A DNA stretch of 64,000 bases from assembly GCA_036381215.1 (NCBI GenBank), contig DASVDF010000050.1, positions 29,379-93,378 on the forward strand, read 5' to 3'. The first letter of the stretch is position 1; every line of letters begins with the position of its first letter. The translations under genes were made by a program, and so were the position numbers. Positions 36,705 to 46,971 of the stretch are shown here, one piece after another. The notes beneath the pieces are model-generated. The model saw only the letters and a program-made list of their open reading frames with translations, searched no databases and was not told where the DNA came from. This DNA comes from Woeseiaceae bacterium (GTDB lineage: Bacteria > Pseudomonadota > Gammaproteobacteria > Steroidobacterales > Woeseiaceae).

Positions 36705-38234
36705 TTACCGGCGGCGGCGGCCGGCGCGGGCGCGGCGGCCGGCGGCGGCCGGAGCCGCGGGTTCGGCGGCCGGCGGAAGCTCGGGCAGGGATTGCTGCTC
36801 GTGCATGCCGGCGAGGATCAGCTCGCGCATCGCGCGGTCGATCGCGGGGTCCGTCGCGATCGGCCGGTAAGCGGCGAGGCGCCGCTCGACCTCTTCCGTC
36901 GCGCGCGTGACGAGGTCCTTCGAGCCCTGTTTCTGCCAGGCCTCGCGGTTCTCGCGGTCGATGACCCTGTCGGTGAGGTACAGCTCGTTCGGCCAGTGCT
37001 TCAGCGTGTGCGGGCTCGTGATCAGGTGATCGTCGCGCCGCAGGTCGGTGACGATGTCGTCGATCGGAAGATCGTTTAGCACCTCGATCGGGCGGACGAA
37101 GTGCAGCGCCTGGCCGCAGACCTCGTTGTCGAACACGAGCTTGGGCAGGCTGAACGTCAGCACGAAGTCGAGCATGCCCGGACCGGACACCGAGTTCACC
37201 CCCGCGATGGCCGCGAGCAGCGCACTCGAGAACGTCTCGCCGCCCGCCTGCGCGTCGAGGAACTTGCCGTCGGAAAGCGCCATGTACGCCTGCGTCGGCA
37301 GCCCGAGGTGCTTCGCGATCTCGACGTAGCCGACGTTCAGATGCTGCGCCTCGATCGCGGCCATCGGCGAGCTCGCGGCTTTCATGTGGAACGTGGCGGG
37401 CGCGCCGCCGAACAGCACCGGCGTGCCCGGCCGCACGATCTGCGCCATCGTGATGCCCGTCAGCACGTCGACGCAGTGGAATACCAGCGCACCGACCAGC
37501 GTCACCGGTGCGATGAGTCCCATGAGCGTGACCGGCACGACCTCGATGGCGATGCCCGCGTCGACGCAGTCGAGCAGGTTCTGGCACGAGTCCTCGCCGT
37601 AGCGGAAATTGCCGGTCGCCGTGATCGTGAAGATCGACATCGGCTTCGCGACCAGATCCTCGCGGCTCGCGCGGAACATGCCGAGCATCTGCGCCATGCG
37701 CGGCACGCCGTGCTCGCTGAACGCACCGGAGACGACCGGCTTCTTCGACGTCGTGAGCGTCATGTAGAGGCGCCAGGCGTCCGAGACCTGCGACTCGATG
37801 TCCTTGTTGGTCGAGAATGCGGTGGCAAGGTACGCGACGTGCTCCAGCGTGTCGCACAGCCGCGCGTACTCGATGAAGTCCGTCGAGTTCGCAAGCCGCG
37901 TCTCGCCGGTCCTGTGATCGAGGATCTTGAGACCGCTCGAGCCCGGCACGAAATGCACGTTGTCGCCGCCGATTTCCGTGTACGGGTTGCCGTCGCGGTC
38001 GTACAACGTGAAGGAAGAGGGCGCCGCCGCGATCGCCTTGTCGACCACGTCCGGCGGGAACAGGACGCGCTTGCCGCTCGCGTCCGTCGGGAGCCCGTGA
38101 TCGAGCAACCGCTGCTTGAGCTTCGGGCCGCGGATCTCCATGCCGATTTCGGCCATGAGGCGCTTCGCCTCCTCGAGGATCCGCTCGATGAGCTCCGTTT
38201 CGAGTACCTGTAGCCTGGGACGCATCGGTTTCAC
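36705..38234 (-). CDS. MttB-superfamily (trimethylamine methyltransferase-like) corrinoid-dependent methyltransferase, non-Pyl, paralogue 1
   Basis: 509-aa track ORF with no in-frame stop. The N-terminus ([24 protein letters not shown]) and the TIM-barrel-length body fit MttB family proteins. The C-terminal tail is ...[14 protein letters not shown]. Confidence 0.85.
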   Translation of the reverse strand: MKPMRPRLQVLETELIERILEEAKRLMAEIGMEIRGPKLKQRLLDHGLPTDASGKRVLFPPDVVDKAIAAAPSSFTLYDRDGNPYTEIGGDNVHFVPGSSGLKILDHRTGETRLANSTDFIEYARLCDTLEHVAYLATAFSTNKDIESQVSDAWRLYMTLTTSKKPVVSGAFSEHGVPRMAQMLGMFRASREDLVAKPMSIFTITATGNFRYGEDSCQNLLDCVDAGIAIEVVPVTLMGLIAPVTLVGALVFHCVDVLTGITMAQIVRPGTPVLFGGAPATFHMKAASSPMAAIEAQHLNVGYVEIAKHLGLPTQAYMALSDGKFLDAQAGGETFSSALLAAIAGVNSVSGPGMLDFVLTFSLPKLVFDNEVCGQALHFVRPIEVLNDLPIDDIVTDLRRDDHLITSPHTLKHWPNELYLTDRVIDRENREAWQKQGSKDLVTRATEEVERRLAAYRPIATDPAIDRAMRELILAGMHEQQSLPELPPAAEPAAPAAAGRRARAGRRRR

Positions 38235-38253
38235 TCCGGGTCAAAGCCGCCGT

Positions 38254-39792
38254 TCAGCTGACGGCGGCGGCGATTTCCAGCTTGCGGCGCGCGACGTAAT
38301 CGGCGAGCGCTTCTTCCGTCGCCGGGTCGATGGGCGGCTTCTCGTAGTCGGCCACGAGCCGTTTCCAGATCGCGTTCGCGCGGACGGCGGCATCCTGGCT
38401 GCCGGCTTCACGCCAGCGTTCGAAATTGCGGCGGTCGGAGAGCATTGGCCGGTAGAACGCCGTCTCGTATCGCGCGAGGGTGTGCGGGGTCCCGAAATGA
38501 TGGCCGCCCGGAGGCACGTCCGCGATGGTCTGGATCGCGAGCTCGTCGTCGTCGACGCGCAGCGGCCGCATGCATTCGACCAGCATCTGCAGCATCTCTG
38601 CGTCGACGATCAGCTTTTCGAACGACGCGGTGAGCCCGCCTTCGAGCCAGCCGGCGGCGTGATTGACCAGGTGCGCGTGCCCCAAAAGGGCGCCCCACAG
38701 CGACATCTGGCTCTCGTAGGCCGCTTGCGCGTCCACGCAGTTCGAGCTGGTCGTGTTGCTGGAGCGGAACGGCAGGCCCAGCCGGCGCGCGATCTGTCCG
38801 CTGGCGCAGGCCATCTTCGTGTATTCGGGCGTGCCGAGCGCCGGCGCGCCGCTCTGCATGTCGACGTTGGAGGCGAACGCGCCGTACATCACGGGCGCGC
38901 CCGCGCGCACGATTTGCGCCAGCGTCACCACCGCGAGCACCTCCGCCGTCTGCTGCGCCAGCGTCCCGGCGAGCGTCGCCGGGCTCATGGAACCCGACAG
39001 CGTGAACGGCGTGATGCAGTTGACCTGCAGCGATTCGGCGAGCTCGATCGTCGCCTCGGTCATCGCGACGTCGAGCTGCATCGGCGAGTTCGTGTTGACG
39101 ATGGCGAGCACGGCAGGCGCGCGCTCCAGCTCCGCGCGGTCGATGCCGAGCCCGATGCAGGTCATCTCCAGACAATCGCGGGTGCGCGCGCGCCCGAGCG
39201 CGTAGGCCTGCGCATTCTTGTCGAGCAGCGTGAGCTGCGCGAGATAGAGATCGAGGTGGCGCGACTCCGGCGGCAGGTCGAGCGGTTCGAAGGCGCCGCC
39301 GCCTTCCTGGTGGATGACGTCGAGCCCCTGGATCACGCGGAAGTAGTCGCACAGCTCCGCGTAGGTGCCCGGCCGCCGGCCCTTGTCGAGATCGCTGACG
39401 AACGCGGGGCCGCCCACCGCCGCGAACACGACGTGCTCGCCGCCGATGACGAGGTCCTTCGCCGGGTTGCGCGCACGCAAGGGGAATTCGGCGGGCGCGG
39501 CCGCGAGCTTCTCGAGCACGAGCCCGCGCTCGAAGCGCACCATGCGCGTGGCATCGTCCACGTCGGCACCGGCGCTGCGCAGGCGTTCGCGGCTGGCGTC
39601 TTCCAGGAAACGGAAACCCTTGGTCTCGAGGATCGTGAGCGCGGCGTCGAGGATCGTCTCGACCTGGTCCGCGGAGAGCACCTCGAGCGGCGGGTACGGG
39701 TTGCGCACGCGCTGCCATGGCAGCTGCTGCACGGCGGCCACGCTGCGCCGCTGCCGGTGCCGCCGCCGCGTCACGCGAGTGCCCTCCGTCAT
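38254..39792 (-). CDS. MttB-superfamily corrinoid-dependent methyltransferase, non-Pyl, paralogue 2
   Basis: The real part of the 1142-aa track ORF begins at MTEGTRVTRRRHRQRRSVAAVQQLPW. LSADQVETILDAALTILETKGFRF is the typical MttB N-terminus. There is no in-frame stop. Confidence 0.85.
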   Translation of the reverse strand: MTEGTRVTRRRHRQRRSVAAVQQLPWQRVRNPYPPLEVLSADQVETILDAALTILETKGFRFLEDASRERLRSAGADVDDATRMVRFERGLVLEKLAAAPAEFPLRARNPAKDLVIGGEHVVFAAVGGPAFVSDLDKGRRPGTYAELCDYFRVIQGLDVIHQEGGGAFEPLDLPPESRHLDLYLAQLTLLDKNAQAYALGRARTRDCLEMTCIGLGIDRAELERAPAVLAIVNTNSPMQLDVAMTEATIELAESLQVNCITPFTLSGSMSPATLAGTLAQQTAEVLAVVTLAQIVRAGAPVMYGAFASNVDMQSGAPALGTPEYTKMACASGQIARRLGLPFRSSNTTSSNCVDAQAAYESQMSLWGALLGHAHLVNHAAGWLEGGLTASFEKLIVDAEMLQMLVECMRPLRVDDDELAIQTIADVPPGGHHFGTPHTLARYETAFYRPMLSDRRNFERWREAGSQDAAVRANAIWKRLVADYEKPPIDPATEEALADYVARRKLEIAAAVS

Positions 39793-41855
39793 GCGCGCCG
39801 CCGCCGCGAGCGGCCGCGGCGGCCCGGCTGCTGCGCGACCGGCGCGCGTGCCGGCAGCTCGACGACCTTGCGCAGCTCGTCGAAGCCGTCGGCGGCGTGC
39901 GGGATCGCCATCGCCGAAACGAAGTGATGCTGGAAGCGGTTCTCCACGGCCGTCTCGATCTTCTCGACGCGGCGCGTCTCGCGCTCGATGGCGGCTCGCG
40001 CCTGCCGGTTCAGGAGCGCGATGCGCGCGCCGGTGCCGGCCGCGTTGCCGGCGGATGAAACGTTCTCCAGCCGGCAATCCGGGATCATGCCGAGCACCAT
40101 CGCGTACTTCACGTCGATGTGCGCGCCGAAGGCGCCCGCGAGCCGGATGCGATCGACCCTGTCGACGCCGAGCTTTTCCATGAGCAGGCGCGTGCCCGCG
40201 TACAGCGCCGCTTTCGCGAGCTGGATGGCGCGGACGTCGTTCTGCTGGATCGCAATGAAGGGCTCGCCGCCCTCCAGCACGTACATGAACGTGCGCCCGT
40301 CGCCGCGGATGCGTCGCGAGCGGGCGGCCAGTGCGCCGTCGATCGTGCCGTCGGCCTTGACGACGCCCGCGAGAAACAGCTCGGCCACCACTTCGATGAT
40401 GCCGGAGCCGCAGATGCCGGTGACGCCGCCCGCGGGCTGCTGCGCGGCGAACTCCGGATCGTCGGACCAGAGCTCGCATCCGATGACGCGATAACGCGGC
40501 TCGAGCGTCTCGCGGTCGATGCGCACCCGCTCGATCGCGCCCGGCGCCGCGCGCTGCCCGGCACTGATCTGCGCGCCCTCGAACGCCGGGCCGGTGGGAC
40601 TGGACGCGGCCAGCAACCGTTCGCGGTTGCCGAGCAGGATTTCGGCGTTCGTCCCGACGTCGACGACGAGGCTCACCTCGTCCCGCTCGTACGGCGCTTC
40701 GGCGAGCATGACGCCCGCCGTGTCCGCCCCGACGTGCCCGGCGATGCAGGGCAGGGCGTAGACGTAGCCGCCGGGCGCGATCGAAAGCCCGAGCTCGCGC
40801 GCCGGCACCGTGAAGGCCGCGTCGCTCGCGAGCGCGAACGGCGCCGTGCCGAGCTCGACCGGGCTCAGGCCGAGCACGAGATGCATCATGATCGGGTTGC
40901 CGACGAGCGTGATCTCGACGATGCGGTCGGTCGCGATTTCCGACTGCTCGGCGACCTCGCGGACGAGGGCGTCGAGCGCGTGGCGCACGACGGACGTGAG
41001 CTCGATGTCGCCGCCCGGGTTCATCATCACGTAGGAGACGCGGCTCATCAGGTCTTCGCCGAAGCGGATCTGCGGGTTCATGCAGCCCGCGCTCGCCAGC
41101 ACCTCCCCGCCGGTGAGCTCGCAGAGATGCGCCGCGATGGTCGTGGAGCCGACGTCGACGGCGACGCCGTACAGGCGATCGTGGAAGCCCGGCCACAGCG
41201 CGACGATCTCGCGGCCTTCGCGCAGCACGGCGGTGACCTTCCAGTCGCCGCGGCGCAAGGTCGCCTGCAGCGACTGGCGCACGGGCAGCGGGGCGTCGAC
41301 GCGCTCGATCTGCCAGTCGCGCGCCAGCGCCTTCGCGAGCCGTTCGAGATCGCCGCTCGGGTGGTGCATGTCCGGCGGATCGACCTCGACGTAATGCGCA
41401 TGCACGACCGGGTCGATCTCGATGTCGCGCGCCTCGTAAGGCTTGCGCACGACCTGCCGGTGCACCTGGCTTTCCGGCGGCACGTCGACGGCGACGCCGC
41501 CGCAGAGTCTCGCCTGGCAGCCGAGGCGCCGGCCTTCCGCGAGGCCGCGGCGGGCCTTGTAGCGCTCCTCGGCTTCGCCGGGCGGGGAGAGGTGCGAGGC
41601 GCGCGACACGATGCCGTGTTTCGCGAGCTCGCCCTCGGTGACGACCACCTGGCAGCGGCCGCAGATCGCGCGGCCGCCGCACACGGAATCGAGGTCGACG
41701 CCGAGTGCGCGCGCGGCGGTGAGGACCGGCGTGCCGTGGGCGAAGCGCCCGCGCCGCCCCGACGGGGAAAAGACGATCAGCGCATCGCTTTCCGCCGGGC
41801 CTGCCACGGCATCACCCGGAGACTTCGCGGCGGCGCCGGTTGCCGCGCCGGCCAC
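39789..41855 (-). CDS. corrinoid activation/regeneration protein (RACo-type: 2Fe-2S ferredoxin + ASKHA ATPase)
   Basis: 688-aa track ORF with CGGRAICGRCQV (plant-type 2Fe-2S) and the ASKHA motifs VDVGSTTIAAHL and VVDVGTNAEI. An alternative GTG start at 41807 would remove the 44-nt overlap with the upstream gene. Confidence 0.85.
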   Translation of the reverse strand: MAGAATGAAAKSPGDAVAGPAESDALIVFSPSGRRGRFAHGTPVLTAARALGVDLDSVCGGRAICGRCQVVVTEGELAKHGIVSRASHLSPPGEAEERYKARRGLAEGRRLGCQARLCGGVAVDVPPESQVHRQVVRKPYEARDIEIDPVVHAHYVEVDPPDMHHPSGDLERLAKALARDWQIERVDAPLPVRQSLQATLRRGDWKVTAVLREGREIVALWPGFHDRLYGVAVDVGSTTIAAHLCELTGGEVLASAGCMNPQIRFGEDLMSRVSYVMMNPGGDIELTSVVRHALDALVREVAEQSEIATDRIVEITLVGNPIMMHLVLGLSPVELGTAPFALASDAAFTVPARELGLSIAPGGYVYALPCIAGHVGADTAGVMLAEAPYERDEVSLVVDVGTNAEILLGNRERLLAASSPTGPAFEGAQISAGQRAAPGAIERVRIDRETLEPRYRVIGCELWSDDPEFAAQQPAGGVTGICGSGIIEVVAELFLAGVVKADGTIDGALAARSRRIRGDGRTFMYVLEGGEPFIAIQQNDVRAIQLAKAALYAGTRLLMEKLGVDRVDRIRLAGAFGAHIDVKYAMVLGMIPDCRLENVSSAGNAAGTGARIALLNRQARAAIERETRRVEKIETAVENRFQHHFVSAMAIPHAADGFDELRKVVELPARAPVAQQPGRRGRSRRRRA

Positions 41856-42720
41856 GAGCTTCGGCGCCCGCGGCAGGCGGCCCGCGGAACGCGCGTATCC
41901 AGGCGGCGCACTCCGGGTCCTGTCCCATCACGACGTCCGCACCGCGTACGGCCTGCATGAGGTCGGCGTGCAGCGGGTTGGTGATCGCCGACGTCATGCC
42001 CGCGCCGATCGCCATGCTGATGAACGCGGCGTTGAGCCCGTTGCGGTTCGGCAGGCCGAAACTCAGGTTCGAGGCGCCGCAGGTGGTGTTCACTTTCAGC
42101 TCGGTGCGCAGCCGCCGCACGAGCTCGAGCACCTGGCGTCCCGCCGTGTTGATCGCGCCGACCGGCATCACCAGCGGATCGACGACGACGTCGCTCGCGG
42201 GAATGCCGTGATCCATCGCGCGCTCCACGATCTTCTGCGCCACCGCGAAGCGGACGTCAATGTCCTCGGAGATGCCGGTGTCGTCGTTCGAGATCGCGAC
42301 GACCGCACAGCCGTATTTCTTCACCAGCGGCAGCACGCGCTCCAGGCGCTCGTCTTCGCCCGTCACGGAGTTGAGCAGCGCCTTGCCTTCGTACACGGCG
42401 AGCGCGGCCTCGAGTGCCTCGAGCACGGAGGAGTCGATGCAGAGCGGCACGTCGGTGATCGACTGGAGGAGCTTGACGCAATCGGCGAGGATGGCCGGCT
42501 CGTCCGCGAGCGGAATGCCGGCGTTGACGTCGAGCACTCTCGCCCCGGCCGCGATCTGCGCGAGCGCGTCCGTCTGCACGCGGCTGTAGTCGCCCGCCTT
42601 CATCTCTTCCGCGAGCTGCTTGCGGCCCGTCGGGTTGATGCGCTCGCCGATGACGACGAACGGGCGTCCGAAGCCGATGACGACTTCGCGGGTTTTCGAG
42701 CTGATGACGGTGTCGGTCAT
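41812..42720 (-). CDS. pterin-binding methyltetrahydrofolate:corrinoid methyltransferase (MtrH/AcsE/MetH-domain-like)
   Basis: 302-aa track ORF. VVIGERINPTGRKQLAEEMKAGD, LDVNAG and GASNLSFGLPNR are hallmarks of the pterin-binding barrel. Confidence 0.85.
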   Translation of the reverse strand: MTDTVISSKTREVVIGFGRPFVVIGERINPTGRKQLAEEMKAGDYSRVQTDALAQIAAGARVLDVNAGIPLADEPAILADCVKLLQSITDVPLCIDSSVLEALEAALAVYEGKALLNSVTGEDERLERVLPLVKKYGCAVVAISNDDTGISEDIDVRFAVAQKIVERAMDHGIPASDVVVDPLVMPVGAINTAGRQVLELVRRLRTELKVNTTCGASNLSFGLPNRNGLNAAFISMAIGAGMTSAITNPLHADLMQAVRGADVVMGQDPECAAWIRAFRGPPAAGAEARGRRGNRRRREVSG

Positions 42721-42735
42721 GGATCGATTGCTCGT

Positions 42736-42763
42736 CGGTCGCGCGCGACGCGCGATCCTACGG
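42736..42763 (+). repeat. REP-like palindromic element
   Basis: CGGTCGCGCGCGACGCGCGATCCTACGG lies between two minus-strand genes. The TAG stop of the upstream gene (complement of 42758-42760) lies inside it. Confidence 0.55.
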
Positions 42764-43060
42764 TTGTGGCAGGCGCCCGCCCGCCTTGACGCAAGCCTCG
42801 AGGAATGCCTCGTCGAAGCGGCTTTCGAGCTCGGCGACCCGCTCGGCGACCTTCTGCTCGATGTCGCCGCTCACGGGCTCGCTCTCGCGGCGCCAGTCCG
42901 CGAGATAATGCTCGCTCGATCCGCGCCCGGCGCGCATTGCCGCGCGGTCGATGGCCTGGAGGAAGCGCGGTGCGAGCTCCTTCTTCACGTTGCGCCGGCC
43001 TTCCCGGCCTACCACCTGGGCGGGGATATCGCGCCAGTAGATGCTGATCAGTTTCGCCAT
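42758..43060 (-). CDS. small 'virulence factor'-family protein (PF13769-like) commonly linked to DUF1638/corrinoid clusters
   Basis: 100-aa track ORF, MAKLISIYWRDIPAQVVGREGRRNVKKELAPRFLQAIDRAAM... The family assignment is from memory of this conserved opening. Confidence 0.6.
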   Translation of the reverse strand: MAKLISIYWRDIPAQVVGREGRRNVKKELAPRFLQAIDRAAMRAGRGSSEHYLADWRRESEPVSGDIEQKVAERVAELESRFDEAFLEACVKAGGRLPQP

Positions 43061-43647
43061 TGAATCACGTGCCCGGCGAGCGCGTCGCGGAACGGCGCAA
43101 GCCCCGTGAAACGCGTGACGAGCGGGAGCGCGAGGCGGCGCGCGTGCGCCTCCGCCAGGGCCTCCAGCTCCGCGGACTGCGTTTGGGCGAGGTAGACGAC
43201 GCGCCGGTAGTGGCGAAAGTACTCGTCCCGGAGCTCCGGGTGCCGGTCGAGGCCGAGGCCCTTGATGACAAGGCGCTCGAAATGGCGCACCAGGAAATCC
43301 GTGAGATAGAACGTGCCGGGTTCGGCATCGGCGAGCGCGGCGAAAGCGTCAGCGCCGCCGAAGAACTCGTAGCAGTGCGCGCCGGGGAGACGCTCGATTG
43401 CATAGGGCGCGAGCGCCTTGTCGAGCAGCCCGCCGGTGCCGCAATCGGCGTAGGCAACGAAGATGTGCTCGACACGGTCGCGGTACGCCTCGATCATCTC
43501 CACGACGGCACCGGGAATCCTGTCCGGCGTGTTGTGCAGGTCTGCCGGGAGGCATTGCACCTTCAGGTAGTCCCAGCCGTTCTGGCGGGCGACGAGCACG
43601 AGCTCCTTCGCGAGGGCGCCGCAGGCGATGACCAGTGTCTCGGCCAT
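43048..43647 (-). CDS. DUF1638 domain protein
   Basis: Start trimmed to MAETLVIACGALAKELVLV. CLPADLHNTPDRIP and YADCGTGG are DUF1638-type motifs. 13-nt overlap with the downstream gene. Confidence 0.75.
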   Translation of the reverse strand: MAETLVIACGALAKELVLVARQNGWDYLKVQCLPADLHNTPDRIPGAVVEMIEAYRDRVEHIFVAYADCGTGGLLDKALAPYAIERLPGAHCYEFFGGADAFAALADAEPGTFYLTDFLVRHFERLVIKGLGLDRHPELRDEYFRHYRRVVYLAQTQSAELEALAEAHARRLALPLVTRFTGLAPFRDALAGHVIQWRN

Positions 43648-43657
43648 GCCACCAGAC

Positions 43658-44359
<702 letters not shown>

Positions 44360-44493
44360 CTCACGCCTCTCGGTGGAGTGCGGCGAAGTGTAGGCAATCG
44401 CCGGAGGCGGGCGCCAGCCGCGGTCCCATCATGTGGAATTGCGTTTCACGATGCGCGGCAATGCCAATGCGCGCGCTGCTTCGGCGGTCCCGG

Positions 44494-46971
44494 TCAGGCG
44501 CCGGTGGGGGCGCCGAGGACCGCCTCGACCCGGTGCACCGCGCCCGGCGTTCGGGCGATGAGGAGTTTTCCCGTGACGCGGGCGCCGTCGCAGGTGAGGG
44601 AGCGGAGTCCCTTGTGGACCCCTTCGGGATTCCTGACGCGGATGTCGAAGGTGGCGCCGCGGAAGCGGCGGAGCACGCGGTACTCGCGCCACGCGGACGG
44701 AATGCAGGGGTCTATCGCCAAACCGTCGTAGTCGGGCTTGATGCCGAGGATGTGCTCGGTGATCGCGTGGTAGTTCCACGCCGCGGTGCCGGTGAGCCAG
44801 GAATTCTTCGCTTCCCCGGCCCGCGACGCTTCCTTGCCCGCGACCATTTGCGCGTACACGTAGGGCTCGAGCTTGCGCAGGGACGCGTGCTCCTGCCACG
44901 CCGGTGCGATCCGGCAGTAGTAGTCGAAAGCGCGATCGCCGCGCCCGAGCACCGTCTCGCCGATGATGATCCATGGGTTGTTGTGACAGAAGACGCCGCC
45001 GTTCTCCTTCTGGCCCGGCGGGTAGCTCGAGATCTCGCCGTACTCGGGGTAGTAACGGGTGTACGCCGGGTAGTTGAGGACCAGGCCGAACTCGGTGCCG
45101 AGATGCTCGGCGACGGCGTCGAGCGCCGCCTCGAGCCGGCCGTCGTCGAGGCCGATGCCGGCCATCGCCGCAAAGCCCTGCGGCTCGATGAAAATCCGGC
45201 CCTCCTCGTTGCTCTTGCTGCCGACCTTGCGCCCGCGCGCGTCGTAGGCGCGCAGGAACCATTCGCCGTCCCAGCCGGCGAGGTCGATGGCGCGGAGCAT
45301 GGCATCGACCCGCGTTGCGGCGCGCGCCGCGTCGTCGCTCCTGCCGATGCGCCGGCAAAGTCTTGCGTACTCGCGGCCGTAGTACACGAACATGGCCGCG
45401 ATGAGCACGGATTCGGCGACCTTGCCGTCGCCGTTGCCGGCGGTCTGGAACGATTCGTCGGGATTCATCGAGTGGCAGTTGAGATTCAGGCAGTCGTTCC
45501 AGTCGGCACGCCCGATCAGCGGCAGCCCGTGCGGGCCGAGATTGGCGGCGACGCGCTCGAAGGACGCGGCGAGGTGATCGAGCAGGCTGCCGGAACGCGG
45601 CGCGTCTTCGTCGGCGAACGGCACGATCTCATCCAAGACGCTGAAGTCACCGGTTTCCTTGATCCAGGCCGTCGTCGACTGGATGAGCCACAGCGGGTCG
45701 TCGTTGAAATTGTCGCCGATCGCGGCGTTGCCGCGCTTCGTGAGCGGCTGGTACTGGTGGTAGACGGCGCCGCTCGCGAATTGCGTCGCGGCGAGGTCGA
45801 GAATACGCCGGCGCGCGCGCTCGGGCTCCATGTGCACGACCCCGAGCAGGTCCTGGTTGGAGTCGCGGAAGCCCATGCCGCGGCCGATGCCCGCCTCGAA
45901 ATACGAGGCGCTGCGCGACAGGTTGAACGTCACCATGCACTGGTAGGGATTCCACACGTTCACCATGCGGTCGAGCCGCGCCTCGCCGGAGCGCAGGGCA
46001 AACCGCGAGAGCCGTTCGTGCCAGTGCTCGCGCAGCGCCTCGAAGGCGGTCTGCACCGCGGCTCCGTCCGCATAGCGCGCGAGCCGCTCGCGTGCCGGCG
46101 TCTGGTTCAGCCGGCCGGGCGCGCTCCACTTCTCTGCCTCCGGCAGCTCGACGTAGCCGAGCTGGAACACGAGCTCCTCGCTTTCCCCGGGCTGCAGGCC
46201 GAGCTCGATGCAATGCGAGGCGATGGGCGCCCAGCCGTTCGCGATCGAGCCCGCCGCCCGGCCGCGCTGCACGGCGGCGGGCTGGTCGAAGCCGTTGTAC
46301 GAGCCGAGGAACGTGTCGCGGCAGGTGTCGAACCCGACGACGTCGCGGTTCACGCCGTAGTACGCATAGTGAGTGCGGCGTTCGCGGTAGCCCGTCTTGT
46401 GGAAGATCACCGAGCCGTCCACCTCGACCTCTCCCAGCGACAGGTTGCGCTGGAAGTTGGTCATGTCGTCTTCCGCGTTCCAGAGGCACCACTCGACCAG
46501 CGAGAAGAGCCGCACGCGCCGGTGGCGCCCGGACAGGTTCTCGATACGCAAAACCTGCAGCTCGGCGTCGACGTCGAGCGGCACGAAGAACAGCGCACTC
46601 GCCCGCAGGCCGTTCTTCTCGCCGGTGATACGCGTGTACCCGAGGCCGTGCCGGCATTCGTACTTGTCGAGCTCGGTCCGGCACGGCTTCCAGCCCGGCG
46701 ACCAGACGGTATCGCCGTCCTGGATGTAGAAATACCGGCCGCCGTCGTCCGCCGGCACGTTGTTGTAGCGCCAGCGCGTCAGGCGGCGGAAGCGCGCGTC
46801 GCGCCAGAAGCAGTAACCGCCTGCCGTGTTGGAGATCAGCGAGAAGAAATCCCGCGAGCCGAGATAATTGATCCAGGGGTGCGGCGTGCGCGGCTCCGTG
46901 ATGACGTACTCGCGGCGCACGTCGTCGAAATGGCCGTAGCGCCGCGCGTCGATGCTCCCGTCAGGTGGCAT
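44494..46971 (-). CDS. GH94 glycoside phosphorylase (cellobiose/cellodextrin/chitobiose phosphorylase family)
   Basis: 825-aa track [31 protein letters not shown] and [12 protein letters not shown] are hallmark GH94 segments. Confidence 0.9.
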   Translation of the reverse strand: MPPDGSIDARRYGHFDDVRREYVITEPRTPHPWINYLGSRDFFSLISNTAGGYCFWRDARFRRLTRWRYNNVPADDGGRYFYIQDGDTVWSPGWKPCRTELDKYECRHGLGYTRITGEKNGLRASALFFVPLDVDAELQVLRIENLSGRHRRVRLFSLVEWCLWNAEDDMTNFQRNLSLGEVEVDGSVIFHKTGYRERRTHYAYYGVNRDVVGFDTCRDTFLGSYNGFDQPAAVQRGRAAGSIANGWAPIASHCIELGLQPGESEELVFQLGYVELPEAEKWSAPGRLNQTPARERLARYADGAAVQTAFEALREHWHERLSRFALRSGEARLDRMVNVWNPYQCMVTFNLSRSASYFEAGIGRGMGFRDSNQDLLGVVHMEPERARRRILDLAATQFASGAVYHQYQPLTKRGNAAIGDNFNDDPLWLIQSTTAWIKETGDFSVLDEIVPFADEDAPRSGSLLDHLAASFERVAANLGPHGLPLIGRADWNDCLNLNCHSMNPDESFQTAGNGDGKVAESVLIAAMFVYYGREYARLCRRIGRSDDAARAATRVDAMLRAIDLAGWDGEWFLRAYDARGRKVGSKSNEEGRIFIEPQGFAAMAGIGLDDGRLEAALDAVAEHLGTEFGLVLNYPAYTRYYPEYGEISSYPPGQKENGGVFCHNNPWIIIGETVLGRGDRAFDYYCRIAPAWQEHASLRKLEPYVYAQMVAGKEASRAGEAKNSWLTGTAAWNYHAITEHILGIKPDYDGLAIDPCIPSAWREYRVLRRFRGATFDIRVRNPEGVHKGLRSLTCDGARVTGKLLIARTPGAVHRVEAVLGAPTGA

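Noticed and set aside
36705-39792. In-frame amber (TAG) codon for pyrrolysine in the two MttB genes
   Set aside because: Both ORFs are uninterrupted in the supplied translations, and no pylTSBCD-like genes are in the window. Both are therefore non-Pyl MttB-superfamily members.
38254-41682. 1142-aa minus-strand ORF suggesting a giant fusion protein
   Set aside because: The upstream 630 aa are Arg/Ala/Pro-rich. They lie in a different frame over the genuine RACo gene (39789-41855). Only the part from MTEGTRV (39792) matches the MttB family. The same trimming logic was applied to 9757..12006, 6433..8694, 7623..9029, 3510..5030, 28520..30544, 29017..31200, 48879..52289 and 56172..58985.
44360-44493. 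Possible cobalamin riboswitch upstream of the corrinoid-protein operon
   Set aside because: The gap is only 134 nt, shorter than a typical B12 riboswitch plus expression platform. I could not find a B12-box-like sequence (AGYCMGGAGACCKGCC type) on the coding strand. A covariance-model scan (Rfam RF00174) would settle it.
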